Position numbers and translations under genes: made by a program
Shown: piece after piece, positions 63,119 to 64,000 of the stretch
Layout of the letters: each line of letters begins with the position of its first letter
Numbering within the stretch: the stretch's first letter is position 1
The notes under the pieces: model-generated
What the model was told of the DNA's origin: nothing
Databases searched by the model: none
What the model saw: the letters and a program-made list of their open reading frames with translations, nothing else
Assembly (NCBI GenBank): GCA_963804165.1
Contig: CAWDPO010000004.1
Span: 128,001 to 192,000, forward strand
Source of the DNA: an uncultured delta proteobacterium
GTDB lineage: Bacteria > Desulfobacterota > Binatia > UBA9968
Reading direction: 5' to 3'
Length of the DNA stretch: 64,000 bases

Positions 63119-63157
63119 GTCGTCCCCCCCGGTCGGCTCGGGATCCGTCACCCCGGC

Positions 63158-64000
63158 ATGGTCCCACAGACGCGCCGCCCTGCGCCTCCTGGCCCCGGTC
63201 GTCGCCATCCTGGCGGCGATGGCGGGAGCCGTCCTGGCGTCCGCCGCGCGCTCGCCCGGGGTGCCGCCGCCCGACCCCGAGCGCTGGGCCCGGCCGGCCG
63301 CCGACCGGCTCGCCGCCGAGGGCCTGTGGCCCGAGCTCGCCGGCGCCGACCTGGGCCGCGACGCCGTGCGCGCCGACCTCGACCGCGCCGTCGCCATCCT
63401 GACGGGGGTGCCCGTCGCGGATCCGGCGCCCGCCGCGCCGGCCTCGGCGTGGGTGGTCAACCGGCGCATCGTCGCGGCGCTCGGCCTCGAGCCCGAGCGG
63501 CTCGCCCTGCAGGCCCTGGCGACGGAGGACGGCCGGCGCATCCCGCTGCCGCCCAACTTCGGCTCGGAGGTGCTGGCGCGCGAGCTCGGGCTGGTGCACA
63601 ACCGACGTCGCGACGAGGTGGAGCGCGCGATGGGCGAGCCGGTGCGCCTGGCCGACCTTGCGAGCATGGTCGATCGGGCTCGGGCGCTCACGCCGGAGGA
63701 CCGCGCCCGCGTGGCGCTCTTCCGCGACATCCGCCTGCCCGCCATGAGCGGCGCCCAGGTCGCCGTGGTGACGCGCCGCCCTCGGCCAGGTTGGCCAGCC
63801 CTACGTCTGGGGCGGCGACTGGCCCACCCCGCGCTCGCCGGTCGGGCCCCAGGCCCACGGCGGCTTCGACTGCTCGGGGCTGGCCTGGTGGGCCTTCGCG
63901 CAGGCGGGCCTGGGGGACGCGCTGAGCCGGCGCACCGCGAATCACATGGCCTTCGAGCGGCCGCGGGCGCGCTCGCGCGTCGAGGCCCTCGCGCCGGGCG
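63158..64000 (+). CDS. NlpC/P60 (C40) peptidase, runs off the window end (frameshifted)
   Basis: Read manually: signal-like N-terminus, [16 protein letters not shown]. Confidence 0.75.

Noticed and set aside
32946-64000. Mass pseudogenisation or programmed frameshifting
   Set aside because: Single-base indels hit nearly every gene, including conserved enzymes, with motifs intact and few in-frame stops. This is typical of low-coverage long-read error.

Overview
The window looks like a chimera of at least three, probably four, unrelated sequences. (A) 1-~15590 is a moderate-GC, mostly frameshift-free deltaproteobacterial/Binatota-like exopolysaccharide locus: rml genes, GtrB-like GT2, CapB-type tyrosine kinase, ExeA-type ATPase and two sigma54 activators including a PrsR-like one. 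It ends inside a nucleotide-sugar dehydrogenase. (B) ~15590-~32950 is a Binatota-like housekeeping and catabolic block: an unusually long SecA, murI, an SPL-family radical SAM, a TPR lytic transglycosylase, PuuD-like hydrolase, a 7TM-PAS-GAF kinase and a hydrolase/VOC/ICL-like/flavin reductase/SBP operon. It ends inside an ABC solute-binding gene. (C) ~32950-~60748 is high-GC actinobacterial DNA full of indel errors. It holds amine, proline and lysine catabolic genes (hglS, amaB) and a PLD, then a lower-GC accessory island. The island carries tRNA-Gly/tRNA-Thr 3'-half att scars with helically phased repeats, a ~77-bp direct repeat resembling a rolling-circle origin, a co-oriented cluster of diadenylate-cyclase-domain protein, unknown protein and PD-(D/E)XK nuclease (candidate nucleotide-signalling defence system), an XRE regulator with an operator array, and an ICE-type Tad/CpaF cluster. 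(D) ~60748-64000 is very high-GC DNA with moeA, a GH3 hexosaminidase, msrB and an NlpC/P60 gene. Coordinates in C and D are approximate because genes were rebuilt across frameshifts by eye. Taxonomic guesses are inference only.
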